DNA of 64,000 nucleotides from contig SGYR01000003.1 of NCBI GenBank assembly GCA_004213405.1, forward strand, positions 4,925-68,924. The letters are read 5' to 3'. The notes beneath the pieces were generated by a model. That model was not told the origin of the DNA, did not search any database, and saw nothing but the letters and a program-made list of their open reading frames with translations. This document shows, piece by piece, positions 25,983-34,988 of the stretch. The DNA comes from Candidatus Actinomarinales bacterium (GTDB lineage: Bacteria; Actinomycetota; Acidimicrobiia; Actinomarinales; Actinomarinaceae). Positions within the stretch are counted from its first letter, which is position 1, and every line of letters begins with the position of its first letter. The translations under genes were made by a program, and so were the position numbers.

Positions 25983-27062
25983 ATGAAAAACGCTACAGGT
26001 TCACTAGCTATTTTAGGTTCTGGTGAAACAAGCCCTAACTTAGTTAGTGTGCATAGAGAACTTCTAAATGGACTAGATGATTCTGCAGATATTTTAATGA
26101 TTGATTCACCATTTGGATTCCAAGAAAATGCTAACCAATTGGTCGAAAAAATTATAGATTTTTACAAAGTTAGTTTAAACGTTGACATGAAATTAGCTAC
26201 TTACAGAAAAATTGAAGAATTGCATTCAAAATCATTCTTTAAATCAATTCAATTATTAGAAAATGCTTCATTTATTTTTGCTGGACCTGGAAGCCCTAGC
26301 TATGCAAGCAAGCTTTGGTACGGTAATGAATTTCAACAAACTTTAAAAAATCATCTTATAAATGGTAACAACAGTTTATTTGCAAGTGCAGCGGCATCTA
26401 CTCTCGGAGAGTATACCTTACCTGTCTACGAAATTTATAAAGTAGGTCAAGACCCTTATTGGGAAAAGGGGTTGAATATTTTAGATGTTTATGGTTTGTC
26501 TTGTACGGTAGTTCCTCACTTTAATAATGCAGAGGGTGGAAATCATGATACAAGCTTTAGTTATGTTGGTGAAAATAGAATTAAAACTCTTTTAGATAAC
26601 TCTTACTCAAACATTCTTGGTATCGATGAACATACTGCACTAATAATTTCTGGAAAAAAAGAAACATTCAAAGTTGTTGGATTAGGTAATGTAACTGTTT
26701 TAAACAATGAAGGAACTCATGTTTTTGAAAAAGATTCTGAAGAAAGTTTGAGTACATTACAAAAACTTCTAATTTCTGACAAAAAAAGCTCTGTCGAAAA
26801 AATAGATAGTAGGACAACTGAAGTAAATTCTGCAGATAAAGCTACTTTAAAAGAAATTGCTAATTTAGAAATTCAAATAGAGTCTAATAAAAAAAATAAT
26901 GAGCGTTTCGAAATGTTAGTTGAAAATCTAATATTACTTAGATCAAAGTTAAGAAATGAAAAAAATTATGAGCTTTCTGATCAAGTAAGAGATATATTAG
27001 AATCTTCTGGTTTACAAATAGAAGATTCTGAACAAGGCATTCAATGGAAAGTTACTGAATAG
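25983..27062 (+). CDS. hypothetical protein: class-I-GATase/peptidase-S51-like N-domain plus C-terminal CysRS-C-terminus-like motif
   Basis: N-terminus ILGSGETSP...FAGPGSPSY...SAAAS. C-terminus LSDQVRDILESSGLQIEDSEQGIQWKV resembles the C-terminal helix-strand of cysteinyl-tRNA synthetases. Start at ATG 25983. Confidence 0.6.
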   Translation: MKNATGSLAILGSGETSPNLVSVHRELLNGLDDSADILMIDSPFGFQENANQLVEKIIDFYKVSLNVDMKLATYRKIEELHSKSFFKSIQLLENASFIFAGPGSPSYASKLWYGNEFQQTLKNHLINGNNSLFASAAASTLGEYTLPVYEIYKVGQDPYWEKGLNILDVYGLSCTVVPHFNNAEGGNHDTSFSYVGENRIKTLLDNSYSNILGIDEHTALIISGKKETFKVVGLGNVTVLNNEGTHVFEKDSEESLSTLQKLLISDKKSSVEKIDSRTTEVNSADKATLKEIANLEIQIESNKKNNERFEMLVENLILLRSKLRNEKNYELSDQVRDILESSGLQIEDSEQGIQWKVTE

Positions 27063-27873
27063 CTTTTGGATAATGCCCCAATAACTTAAATTCTTTAGAG
27101 ACTTTATTTATTTTTTCCTCAAGCTCAGATTGTTTTTCCAAGTTTTCTAATTCATAATCTATATAAAATTTGTACTCCCAAGGTCTTCCAAGTATTGGTC
27201 GTGATTCAAGTTTTGTAAGATTTATATCCAGTTCACTAAAAATATTCAAAGACTGCAATAACGAACCTGGCTTATCATCAGATATGAGTACTGATGAAAC
27301 CTTGTTTTTAATTTGTTTCTGATCTAAATCTATATCTCCAATTAAAAGGAATCTTGTATAATTTTCTTCATGATTTGATATATTTTTTTCTAAAATCAAA
27401 AATCTTTCATCGCTTTCAAAATGTTCACCGGCTATAGCAGCTGTAGTGAGGTCATTTTTTTCTAAAATTTCAAATACACTTCCCGCTGTATCAAAGACTG
27501 GAGTAATTCTGAACTTATGCTTTTGTATAAACTTGCTGCACTGCTGTAATGCCTGTGGGTGAGAAATAACATTTGTAATATTTGATATATCTGAACCAAC
27601 TAAGCCAATTAAACTATGGTCAATTCTATGTACATATTCAGCAAATATTTTTAAACCACTGTCTATAAGCTCTTCATATGCTTCATTCACAGTACCTGCA
27701 ATTGAATTTTCAACAGGTAACAACCCAATTCCAGAATCAGATTTTACATAGGAAATTAACTCAGTAAATGTCTCGGTTGGATGATAAAGATAATCTGGAT
27801 ATTCTTTTTTTAAAAGTTCTTCTGAATATGAGCCAGATGAACCTTGGTAAGCAATTATTTTTTTACTGTTCAT
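27052..27873 (-). CDS. pheA: prephenate dehydratase with C-terminal ACT domain
   Basis: IAYQGSSGSYSEE N-terminus. ACT region DKPGSLLQSLNIFSELDINLTKLESRP. Start at MNSKKIIAYQG. Confidence 0.9.
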   Translation of the reverse strand: MNSKKIIAYQGSSGSYSEELLKKEYPDYLYHPTETFTELISYVKSDSGIGLLPVENSIAGTVNEAYEELIDSGLKIFAEYVHRIDHSLIGLVGSDISNITNVISHPQALQQCSKFIQKHKFRITPVFDTAGSVFEILEKNDLTTAAIAGEHFESDERFLILEKNISNHEENYTRFLLIGDIDLDQKQIKNKVSSVLISDDKPGSLLQSLNIFSELDINLTKLESRPILGRPWEYKFYIDYELENLEKQSELEEKINKVSKEFKLLGHYPKAIQ

Positions 27874-28300
27874 TAATATACTCCAGTGCTTCAATATATC
27901 CCTGCACACCTCTTCCAATAATTGATTTATTGCAAATATCAGAAATTAAATTTATTTTTCTAAATTGTTCTCTTTGATTTATATCTGAAATATGAACTTC
28001 AACTATTTCATTGTTTTGTGAGTAAGTCTGCAAAGCGTCTCTTATTGCAATACTTGTATGTGTGTACGCACCAGGGTTAATCACAATCCATGTATTTTCA
28101 TTATTAACTAGATTTTGTATATAATTTACAATTTCGCCTTCAACATTTGATTGAAAAAAATCAGTTTTGATTTTTAACTTTTTAGCTTCAGAATTTACTA
28201 AATTTTTTAACTCATCAAAACTTGTGGAGCCGTATTGTGTAATTTCTCTTATACCTAAAAAATTAAGATTGGGACCATTGATAATGTATATATTTTTAAT
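27863..28300 (-). CDS. aroQ: type II 3-dehydroquinate dehydratase, probable ATT start
   Basis: The ORF track shows only the C-terminal 73 aa. The frame is open upstream to 28306 and encodes (I)KNIYIINGPNLNFLGIREITQYG..., the conserved N-terminus. The only start-like codon is ATT 28300-28298, with GAGGTG 7 nt upstream. That gives 145 aa, the canonical size. Confidence 0.85.
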   Translation of the reverse strand: MKNIYIINGPNLNFLGIREITQYGSTSFDELKNLVNSEAKKLKIKTDFFQSNVEGEIVNYIQNLVNNENTWIVINPGAYTHTSIAIRDALQTYSQNNEIVEVHISDINQREQFRKINLISDICNKSIIGRGVQGYIEALEYINEQ

Positions 28301-29288
28301 TTTGAATCACCTCAATGAATTCATCAAAACTTATACTAATTAAATTAGGTTGTGATATATCTGACAATAAAACAATATCTACAGAATCAGATTTACTTTT
28401 TTTATCATCTTTTAAAATTTCTAATAAGTAATCGATACTGTTTTCAAATTCATATGATTTCTTAAAATCAAGTTTTTCTAGATACGATATATATAAATCA
28501 ATAACCTCTTGTGGTAATCCAAAATGTTTCTTTGATAGTTCAAGTTCATAAATCATTCCTATAGCGACTGCTTCACCGTGTGATAAATTGAACTTTGAAT
28601 CTTGCTCAATTAAGTGGCCTATTGTGTGTCCGAAATTTAAATATTTCCTTTTTCCGGTTTCTAAGTAATCTTCTTTTACGATATCTTCTTTAATTTGTAT
28701 TCCTTTTTTGATTGTCTTAGTATCTATTTTTAAATTTTCTGTAGTAACCAATGTATTAAATATTTCTTTACTTCCAATTAGTCCGTGTTTTAGAAGCTCA
28801 ATTAATCCATCTTTATAATCATTGTCTTTCAATGTGTTGAGAAGTTCAAAACACACAACAACACTCTTAGGCAAATTAAAAGTTCCAATCTGGTTTTTTC
28901 CATGAACATTATTAAAACCGTTTTTCCCTCCATGAGATGCATCAACCATAGCTAATAAAGTAGATGGAACTAATGTGAAGGCAACACCCCTTTTATATGT
29001 ACTTGCAGCAAAAGAGCAGAGATCGAGCATAACCCCACCTCCAATAATTACTACTTCATCTGATCTATTTAAATTTGATAAAAACATTATTTCCCAAATT
29101 TTTTCAATTGTTTCTAAATTTTTTGTTTCTTCAGAAACTTCAAGATAAACATGGCTTGCATTAAAGTCGCTATGTAATTGCAATTGCTCAAGAGCAGAAT
29201 CCAAAATAATTAAGCTCTCATTTGGTAAATTTCCATTAATATGTTTGATTAATTCTTCAGTGCTGTTTAAGTAAATATTTTTAGACAT
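28296..29288 (-). CDS. aroB: 3-dehydroquinate synthase
   Basis: 330 aa. GGGVMLDLCSFAAS, GHTIGHLIE, HGEAVAIGM motifs. Confidence 0.92.
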   Translation of the reverse strand: MSKNIYLNSTEELIKHINGNLPNESLIILDSALEQLQLHSDFNASHVYLEVSEETKNLETIEKIWEIMFLSNLNRSDEVVIIGGGVMLDLCSFAASTYKRGVAFTLVPSTLLAMVDASHGGKNGFNNVHGKNQIGTFNLPKSVVVCFELLNTLKDNDYKDGLIELLKHGLIGSKEIFNTLVTTENLKIDTKTIKKGIQIKEDIVKEDYLETGKRKYLNFGHTIGHLIEQDSKFNLSHGEAVAIGMIYELELSKKHFGLPQEVIDLYISYLEKLDFKKSYEFENSIDYLLEILKDDKKSKSDSVDIVLLSDISQPNLISISFDEFIEVIQN

Positions 29289-29781
29289 TTTGAGTTTCCA
29301 TTATTTCTAATACTTTACTTGTAGTATCTTTTACATTTTCATTGGAGATTTTATATTCCATCATTTCGTATCTTTTTATTCTATTTTTATATCTACTTTC
29401 AAGAACTTCTCTTCCGTTACTAACTAGTGGCCTGTTACTATTTTTAATTCTTTCCCAAAGGGTTTCAAAGTTAAGACTTAAATAAATGGTTTGGTGACTT
29501 TTAAGTAAATTCTCAAAAATATTGTCATTTTCTATCACACCACCACCTAATGAAATTAAATCGAATTTGTTTTGATTTGCAAAAAATTCTTTTTCTTCAA
29601 TTTCTCTAAAAAAAGTCTCTCCTTTTTCTTCAAAAATATTTTCTATTTGACCATACTTATGCTCTATATTTTCATCCAAATCAATACACCTATACTTAGT
29701 TTGTTTTTTAATGTTGTTTAAAATCGTAGTTTTACCAACACCCATAAACCCACATAAATAAAATGAATTATTCATTTTCAT
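29281..29781 (-). CDS. aroK: shikimate kinase
   Basis: 166 aa. P-loop GFMGVGKTT, ISLGGG. Confidence 0.9.
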   Translation of the reverse strand: MKMNNSFYLCGFMGVGKTTILNNIKKQTKYRCIDLDENIEHKYGQIENIFEEKGETFFREIEEKEFFANQNKFDLISLGGGVIENDNIFENLLKSHQTIYLSLNFETLWERIKNSNRPLVSNGREVLESRYKNRIKRYEMMEYKISNENVKDTTSKVLEIMETQNV

Positions 29782-30949
29782 ATTTCATGGACCATGTTTT
29801 ATTTGCCAAATTAAAACTATCAAGAGTTATGTCTTTTATTTCATTAATTCGTTTAAAAATTACTTCTTTGTTATCTCCGCCTGTATTTTCAATCAGGGAA
29901 TTTAAAAGATCTATAGATATTACACTTTCAAAAATAGGTACAGCTCTAGGGACAGCACAGGTGTCAGACCTTTCATAGGTAGTTTCTGTCTCTTTTTGTG
30001 ATGCAAGGTCAACGCTCTTTATAGGAGTCAAAGTTGTACTTATAGGTTTTAAATAAGAAGTTATCATAATAGGCTCTCCAGTTGACATGCCTCCCTCAAA
30101 TCCACCTAAATTATTTGTAATTCGTTCAACATTTTGTTCGTTTAAAACTATTTGATCTTGCACGGCAGTACCAAAATCTTTAGATGCCTCTATACCACTG
30201 CCAACCTCAACTGCTTTAACACTCTGTACAGACATCATTGATGAGGCAAGTTTTGCATCTAGCTTTCTATCAAAATGAACATAGCTACCGCAACCTGCAG
30301 GAAAATTTTTTGCAACTAATGTTATAGAGCCACCTAAAGTGTCTTTTTTCTTTCTTGCATTTAAAATTTCATTTATCATTAATTCACCTGTTTCCTTATC
30401 TGGACAAGACACTTCAGATTCATCAACAAGTTTTTTAATTTGACCTATGTCTTCTAAATTAATATTTTCTAACTTTTGCTCACCAATAGATGAAACATAA
30501 CCAACAACTTCAACTCCAAGTTGATTTAAAATTTGATGACAGATAGCTCCAATTGCACATCTAATTGCAGTTTCACGAGCACTTGCTCTTTCGAGTGAAA
30601 GCCTTATATCATCATGTTGATACTTAAATGTCCCGACTAAGTCAGCATGTCCTGGACGAGGAACTACGAAAGGTTCTATTTCTTTATCCTTCCAATTTTT
30701 CCAGTCTTTATTGATTATCTTTATTGCTATCGGACCACCAGTTGATAAATTATTAATGACACCAGAAGTAATCAAAACCTCATCTTTTTCAATATTCATT
30801 CTTCCGCCAGAACCTAAAGATTTTTGCCTTCTTGCTAGAAACTCGTCAATATAATTTTTACTTACTTCAAAATTTGATGGAATGCCTTCTATAATTGCTG
30901 TTAATTCTGGTCCATGACTCTCACCAGCAGTTAAATATTTAATTTTCAT
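29768..30949 (-). CDS. aroC: chorismate synthase
   Basis: 393 aa. TAGESHGP, RPGHADL and SARETA motifs. Confidence 0.96.
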   Translation of the reverse strand: MKIKYLTAGESHGPELTAIIEGIPSNFEVSKNYIDEFLARRQKSLGSGGRMNIEKDEVLITSGVINNLSTGGPIAIKIINKDWKNWKDKEIEPFVVPRPGHADLVGTFKYQHDDIRLSLERASARETAIRCAIGAICHQILNQLGVEVVGYVSSIGEQKLENINLEDIGQIKKLVDESEVSCPDKETGELMINEILNARKKKDTLGGSITLVAKNFPAGCGSYVHFDRKLDAKLASSMMSVQSVKAVEVGSGIEASKDFGTAVQDQIVLNEQNVERITNNLGGFEGGMSTGEPIMITSYLKPISTTLTPIKSVDLASQKETETTYERSDTCAVPRAVPIFESVISIDLLNSLIENTGGDNKEVIFKRINEIKDITLDSFNLANKTWSMKYENE

Positions 30950-31754
30950 GATCTATCCTTTCTAAAATTTTCTTGTAAGCTTCGTTAAATTTTATACTTT
31001 GTCCTGTCCATATGTTAAACGATGAAATTGCTTGAGCAATTAACATTATTGTTCCATCAATGGATGTTACATTTTTAGGAAGTTCACTTGTTAATTTTTT
31101 TGATACGCCATATCCAAAGTTATAGAACAATTCTAATTTTGAAAAATTTAGAAGACTTATTGGAAGTTTTTCGTTTTCATATGGTGGCATTCCCAGTGGC
31201 GTAGTATTTATAATGACCTCAATATCACCAGCAATCTCATTAAGATCTGAATAAGATAAGTCTCCATCCTTTTTATTTCTAGACACTATGTAAACCTTAT
31301 TATTTTCTGATAACGCATACTGTGCAGTTTGAGCACTTCCTCCACTGCCAAGAATAAGAACATGTTTGTCATTAATATCAAAATTTAAAAATTCAAAAGT
31401 TTGATTAATACCATCCACATCTGTGTTTGATAATGAAACAATATTGTCATCTACTTTTACGGTATTTACAGCTTTAATATTATCAACTGCTGATGACCTC
31501 AAAACATTTTTTAAATCTTTAGATAGGTTATAAATATTTTCTTTATGAGGAATTGTTATGTTATATCCATCAAAATCATTATTTAAACTCTCAAAGATAT
31601 CTAAAGTAAAATTTTCAATTGGTAATTTTTTATAAGTAACATCAACATTAGAAATCTCAGAGAGAGTTTGATGTATATTTGGAGAAAATGTCTTTATTAA
31701 TGGCCAACCTATTATCCCTAATCTAATTGTCATAATTTGCTCCAATTTTTTCAA
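30939..31754 (-). CDS. aroE: shikimate dehydrogenase
   Basis: 271 aa. GIIGWPLIKTFSPNIHQ, NITIPHK, LGSGGSAQ motifs. The start could instead be the internal Met at 31733. Confidence 0.88.
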   Translation of the reverse strand: MKKLEQIMTIRLGIIGWPLIKTFSPNIHQTLSEISNVDVTYKKLPIENFTLDIFESLNNDFDGYNITIPHKENIYNLSKDLKNVLRSSAVDNIKAVNTVKVDDNIVSLSNTDVDGINQTFEFLNFDINDKHVLILGSGGSAQTAQYALSENNKVYIVSRNKKDGDLSYSDLNEIAGDIEVIINTTPLGMPPYENEKLPISLLNFSKLELFYNFGYGVSKKLTSELPKNVTSIDGTIMLIAQAISSFNIWTGQSIKFNEAYKKILERIDHEN

Positions 31755-32991
31755 GATCTGAAAAAAAACTAGGATAAGAATCTGAAATACAATTTATGTT
31801 ATCTGGTTTAATACCGTTATTAATTGCTAGATTTGCAATTACACCAGTCATAGCTATTCTGTGGTCCTCAAAAGTTTCAATTTGTCCTGATTTGAGTTTT
31901 TGAGGGCCGTTAACTTTAAATCCATCAGGGTTAACCTCTATTTCTCCACCAAGAGTTTTAATAAATTTTTCCATAGATTCTATACGGTCTGATTCTTTTA
32001 GTCTCAACTCACCTGCACCACTAACGGTAGTTATTCCATTTGCTTGAGTTGCCAAAAGGGTAAATATTGGAAATTCATCTACCATGTCAGATACATCTTC
32101 TTTACTAACCTTTACAGCAGAGAGATTAGATTTTGAAACATGTATATCTCCTACTGATTCATTATTTTTGACTTTTAAATTTTCGATTGATATTTTTGCG
32201 TTCATTCTCTTTAATATCTTGAGGAAACCAATTCTTCTCTCATTAAGTAAAACATCTTTGATGATTAATTCTTTACTTTTCATTAGCCCAAGAGCTATCA
32301 AAAAAGCTGCTGAAGAAGGATCTCCAGGAACAATATAATCCATACTTCTAAGGCTTTGTACAGGCTCTATTGTTATAGAATTACCAAGTCTAACGGTATT
32401 TACTCCCATTAAATTTAACATTCGTTCAGTGTGATCTCTTGTTGGCAACTCTTCAGTAACAGTCGTAGGAAATTCATCATGATATAGTGATGCAAGAAGA
32501 AATCCACTTTTAACTTGTGCACTTGGTTTATCTGAATGAATACTTTCAAATTTATAATCTTTTGGTTCAAAATTAATTGGTAATTTACCATTGGAATCTT
32601 TTATATCAGCACCCTTTTCATTGAGCGGCTTAACTACTCTGTTCATTGGGCGTTTGATTAATTGAGAACTACCAGTTAATTCAGTGCTGAAATTTTGTTT
32701 TGAAAGTAGACCTATAAGAAGCCTTGCAGTTGTACCAGAATTTACTGCATCAAGTGAATCTATAGGTTGTTTTAAGCCTCGTAATCCTACTCCGTGAATC
32801 TCAACTTCATTGTTGTTTGTTTCATTAATTTCTACGCCTAATTGTCTAAAAATCTGTATCGTAGCTTTAGTATCTCCTGACAATAAAATATTTTTGATTC
32901 TTGAAACTCCAGTTGCTAAAGAGCAGAGTATTACTGCACGATGAGATAGCGATTTGTCACCAATAATACTTAAAGAGCCTTGGATTTTCAC
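31723..32991 (-). CDS. aroA: 3-phosphoshikimate 1-carboxyvinyltransferase (EPSP synthase, class II-like)
   Basis: 422 aa. GDKSLSHRAVIL, NSGTTARLL, DHRIAMT motifs. Confidence 0.95.
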   Translation of the reverse strand: MKIQGSLSIIGDKSLSHRAVILCSLATGVSRIKNILLSGDTKATIQIFRQLGVEINETNNNEVEIHGVGLRGLKQPIDSLDAVNSGTTARLLIGLLSKQNFSTELTGSSQLIKRPMNRVVKPLNEKGADIKDSNGKLPINFEPKDYKFESIHSDKPSAQVKSGFLLASLYHDEFPTTVTEELPTRDHTERMLNLMGVNTVRLGNSITIEPVQSLRSMDYIVPGDPSSAAFLIALGLMKSKELIIKDVLLNERRIGFLKILKRMNAKISIENLKVKNNESVGDIHVSKSNLSAVKVSKEDVSDMVDEFPIFTLLATQANGITTVSGAGELRLKESDRIESMEKFIKTLGGEIEVNPDGFKVNGPQKLKSGQIETFEDHRIAMTGVIANLAINNGIKPDNINCISDSYPSFFSDLEKIGANYDN

Positions 32992-33827
32992 TATGTGAGA
33001 TCTCTTTCTCCAAATTTATCTGCTAACGCCCTACGCCAATCAACAGTATCTGACAAATAATCTAACATAATTTTTTCGTCATTAATTTTTTGAATTTTTT
33101 CAAGTTCTGATATTAATTTATCTATTAAATCTTTGACATTGTCAACATTTGTTAAGTACATATCAGAAATCATATTTGGTGAAGTCCTAGATAGACGAGT
33201 AGCTCCATCAAAACCCCCAGAAGCTAAATTTATCAATTCGTTTAAATCCTGCTCTTTCATAGCAAGCGACACTAAGGCGGAACTTAGAATATGCGGCAAG
33301 TGACTTGTCAAAGAAATTAACTCGTCGTGTTTAGATTGATCAATCCATATCTCTTTAGATTCAATAGCTCGTACAAATTCTGAAACTAGTGCTTTGCTTT
33401 GTTCATCTGTTGATTTTGTTTCACATAGCAAAAATGGTGCACCTTCATACATTTCAGGAGTCGGTACCCACGTACTATTATCAGCAATACCACATAATGG
33501 ATGTCCACCTATTGAAGGAATCGTAGATGTATCCATTTTTTTACATATAAGCTCTTTTGTACCTCCCAGGTCAACAATAGCTTTTGTTTTCAGAGATAAT
33601 TGCGAATCAAAATAGTTGATAATTTCATTTATAGGTGTAGCCAAAACGGTAAGATCATAATTTATTGATTCTTTATGATCCAACGAAATAGCACCAAGAT
33701 CTTTTGCGCGTCCTACATTTTTTTCTGAAATATCAGATCCGCTAACTTTAATGCCATTATTAACCAACTTGATTCCCAAATTAGTTCCCATTAAACCAAG
33801 ACCAATAATATGAACTTTTTTTAGCAT
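32991..33827 (-). CDS. tyrA: prephenate dehydrogenase
   Basis: 278 aa. NAD motif HIIGLGLMG, GGHPLCG, SHLPH motifs. Confidence 0.9.
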   Translation of the reverse strand: MLKKVHIIGLGLMGTNLGIKLVNNGIKVSGSDISEKNVGRAKDLGAISLDHKESINYDLTVLATPINEIINYFDSQLSLKTKAIVDLGGTKELICKKMDTSTIPSIGGHPLCGIADNSTWVPTPEMYEGAPFLLCETKSTDEQSKALVSEFVRAIESKEIWIDQSKHDELISLTSHLPHILSSALVSLAMKEQDLNELINLASGGFDGATRLSRTSPNMISDMYLTNVDNVKDLIDKLISELEKIQKINDEKIMLDYLSDTVDWRRALADKFGERDLT

Positions 33828-34840
33828 TAAAGTGACCTTCCAACCGCCTTTGCGACAATCGATGCTTTGCTTATCAAAGTTTCTAATTCGCTAGGTAGTA
33901 GTGCTTGAGGACCGTCACATAAAGCTTCATCAGGCCTTGGATGAATTTCAATTAATAATCCATCAGCCCCGGCAGCTATTGCTGCTAACGCAACTGGTTC
34001 AACTAAAGTATTGTCGCCTGTCGCATGACTAGGATCAGCAATTACAGGTAAATGACTGTTCTGCTTCAAAAAAGGAATAGCATTTATATCAAATGTATTC
34101 CTTGTGGCTGTCTCGTATGTTCTAATCCCTCTTTCACACAACATTACATTCTCATTTCCTCTGGATAAGATGTATTCACTTGCAAGTAATAACTCATCCA
34201 ATGTTGCAGACATTCCTCGTTTTAACAAAACAGGCAACTCTGATTCACCAACAGCTTCGAGGAGTTTAAAATTTTGCATGTTTCTTGCACCAATTTGTAG
34301 AACGTCTACATATTTTTCCATCATTGACAAATGTTGAGCATCCATAATTTCACTAAAAAGAGGTAATGAAGTAATTTCGGAGGCCTCCTTTAGCATTTTT
34401 AATCCATCTTCGCCCAATCCCTGGAAACTATATGGTGAAGTTCTTGGTTTAAATGCACCACCTCTCAAACCATTTGATCCTGCATCCTTTGCAGCCATTG
34501 CAGTTTCAATTGTTTGTTCCTGTGTCTCTGCACTATCTGGACCAGCAATAATTGCGATTTCATCACCACCAATAGTTAAATTTTGTATTTGAATTATGGA
34601 ATTTTCCTTTTTGTAGTTTTTGCTTGCAAGTTTATATGGTTTTCCTACTGGAATAACTCGACTTACATTTGGTAAAAGCTTCATAACGGCTCTATGATCG
34701 TCATTTACTTTTCCACTAACAGCAACAACACTTCTTTCAACACCGTTAATAACTAGTGGATCGTGTCCCTGCTGTATTGCTTTTTCTTTTACTTTCTTAA
34801 TATCTTCATCTGTATGAGACTGCTTCATTACTACTATCAA
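33827..34840 (-). CDS. aroF: 3-deoxy-7-phosphoheptulonate (DAHP) synthase, type I-beta with N-terminal ferredoxin-like regulatory domain
   Basis: 337 aa. GPDSAE, RGGAFKPRTSPYSFQG, QIGARNMQNF and ADPSHATG motifs. TTG start 7 nt after GAGGAGG. Confidence 0.93.
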   Translation of the reverse strand: MIVVMKQSHTDEDIKKVKEKAIQQGHDPLVINGVERSVVAVSGKVNDDHRAVMKLLPNVSRVIPVGKPYKLASKNYKKENSIIQIQNLTIGGDEIAIIAGPDSAETQEQTIETAMAAKDAGSNGLRGGAFKPRTSPYSFQGLGEDGLKMLKEASEITSLPLFSEIMDAQHLSMMEKYVDVLQIGARNMQNFKLLEAVGESELPVLLKRGMSATLDELLLASEYILSRGNENVMLCERGIRTYETATRNTFDINAIPFLKQNSHLPVIADPSHATGDNTLVEPVALAAIAAGADGLLIEIHPRPDEALCDGPQALLPSELETLISKASIVAKAVGRSL

Positions 34841-34857
34841 TTTTTTTCCTCCTCAAA

Positions 34858-34886
34858 ATAAAAAAATCGGGCTTTTGCCCGATTTC
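34858..34886 (-). terminator. intrinsic terminator abutting the aroF Shine-Dalgarno (attenuator terminator; also ends the aroH unit)
   Basis: Minus strand GAAATCGGGC-AAAA-GCCCGATTT(U) followed by a U-run, then GAGGAGG and the TTG start. Confidence 0.85.
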
Positions 34887-34908
34887 ACACAACGTACTTT
34901 AGGGCAAC

Positions 34909-34953
34909 CTATATGTGCTCTCTAAAGTAAAAGTATGCGTTATTTAATTTCAT
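34909..34953 (-). CDS. candidate attenuation leader peptide MKLNNAYFYFREHI
   Basis: Hand-translated 14-codon ORF, ATG AAA TTA AAT AAC GCA TAC TTT TAC TTT AGA GAG CAC ATA TAG. Four consecutive Tyr/Phe codons, placed 20-25 nt upstream of the terminator arm. Confidence 0.6.
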   Translation of the reverse strand: MKLNNAYFYFREHI

Positions 34954-34961
34954 TAACAAGT

Positions 34962-34988
34962 ATGTTAGCAGACTATTTAGCTTTGCAA
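34962..34988 (-). promoter_or_regulatory. candidate promoter for the aro leader (extended -10 TGCTAACAT, -35-like TTGCAA)
   Basis: Minus strand TTGCAA (34988-34983), a 15-nt spacer, and TGc-TAACAT (34970-34962). The leader ATG is 9 nt downstream, suggesting a leaderless or near-leaderless transcript. Confidence 0.4.

Noticed and set aside
27863-28084. ORF-track call of a 73-aa protein starting at GTG 28084
   Set aside because: This is only the C-terminal half of type II dehydroquinase. The conserved N-terminal half is encoded in the same frame upstream, so the GTG is an internal Val codon (I-V-I-N-P-G).
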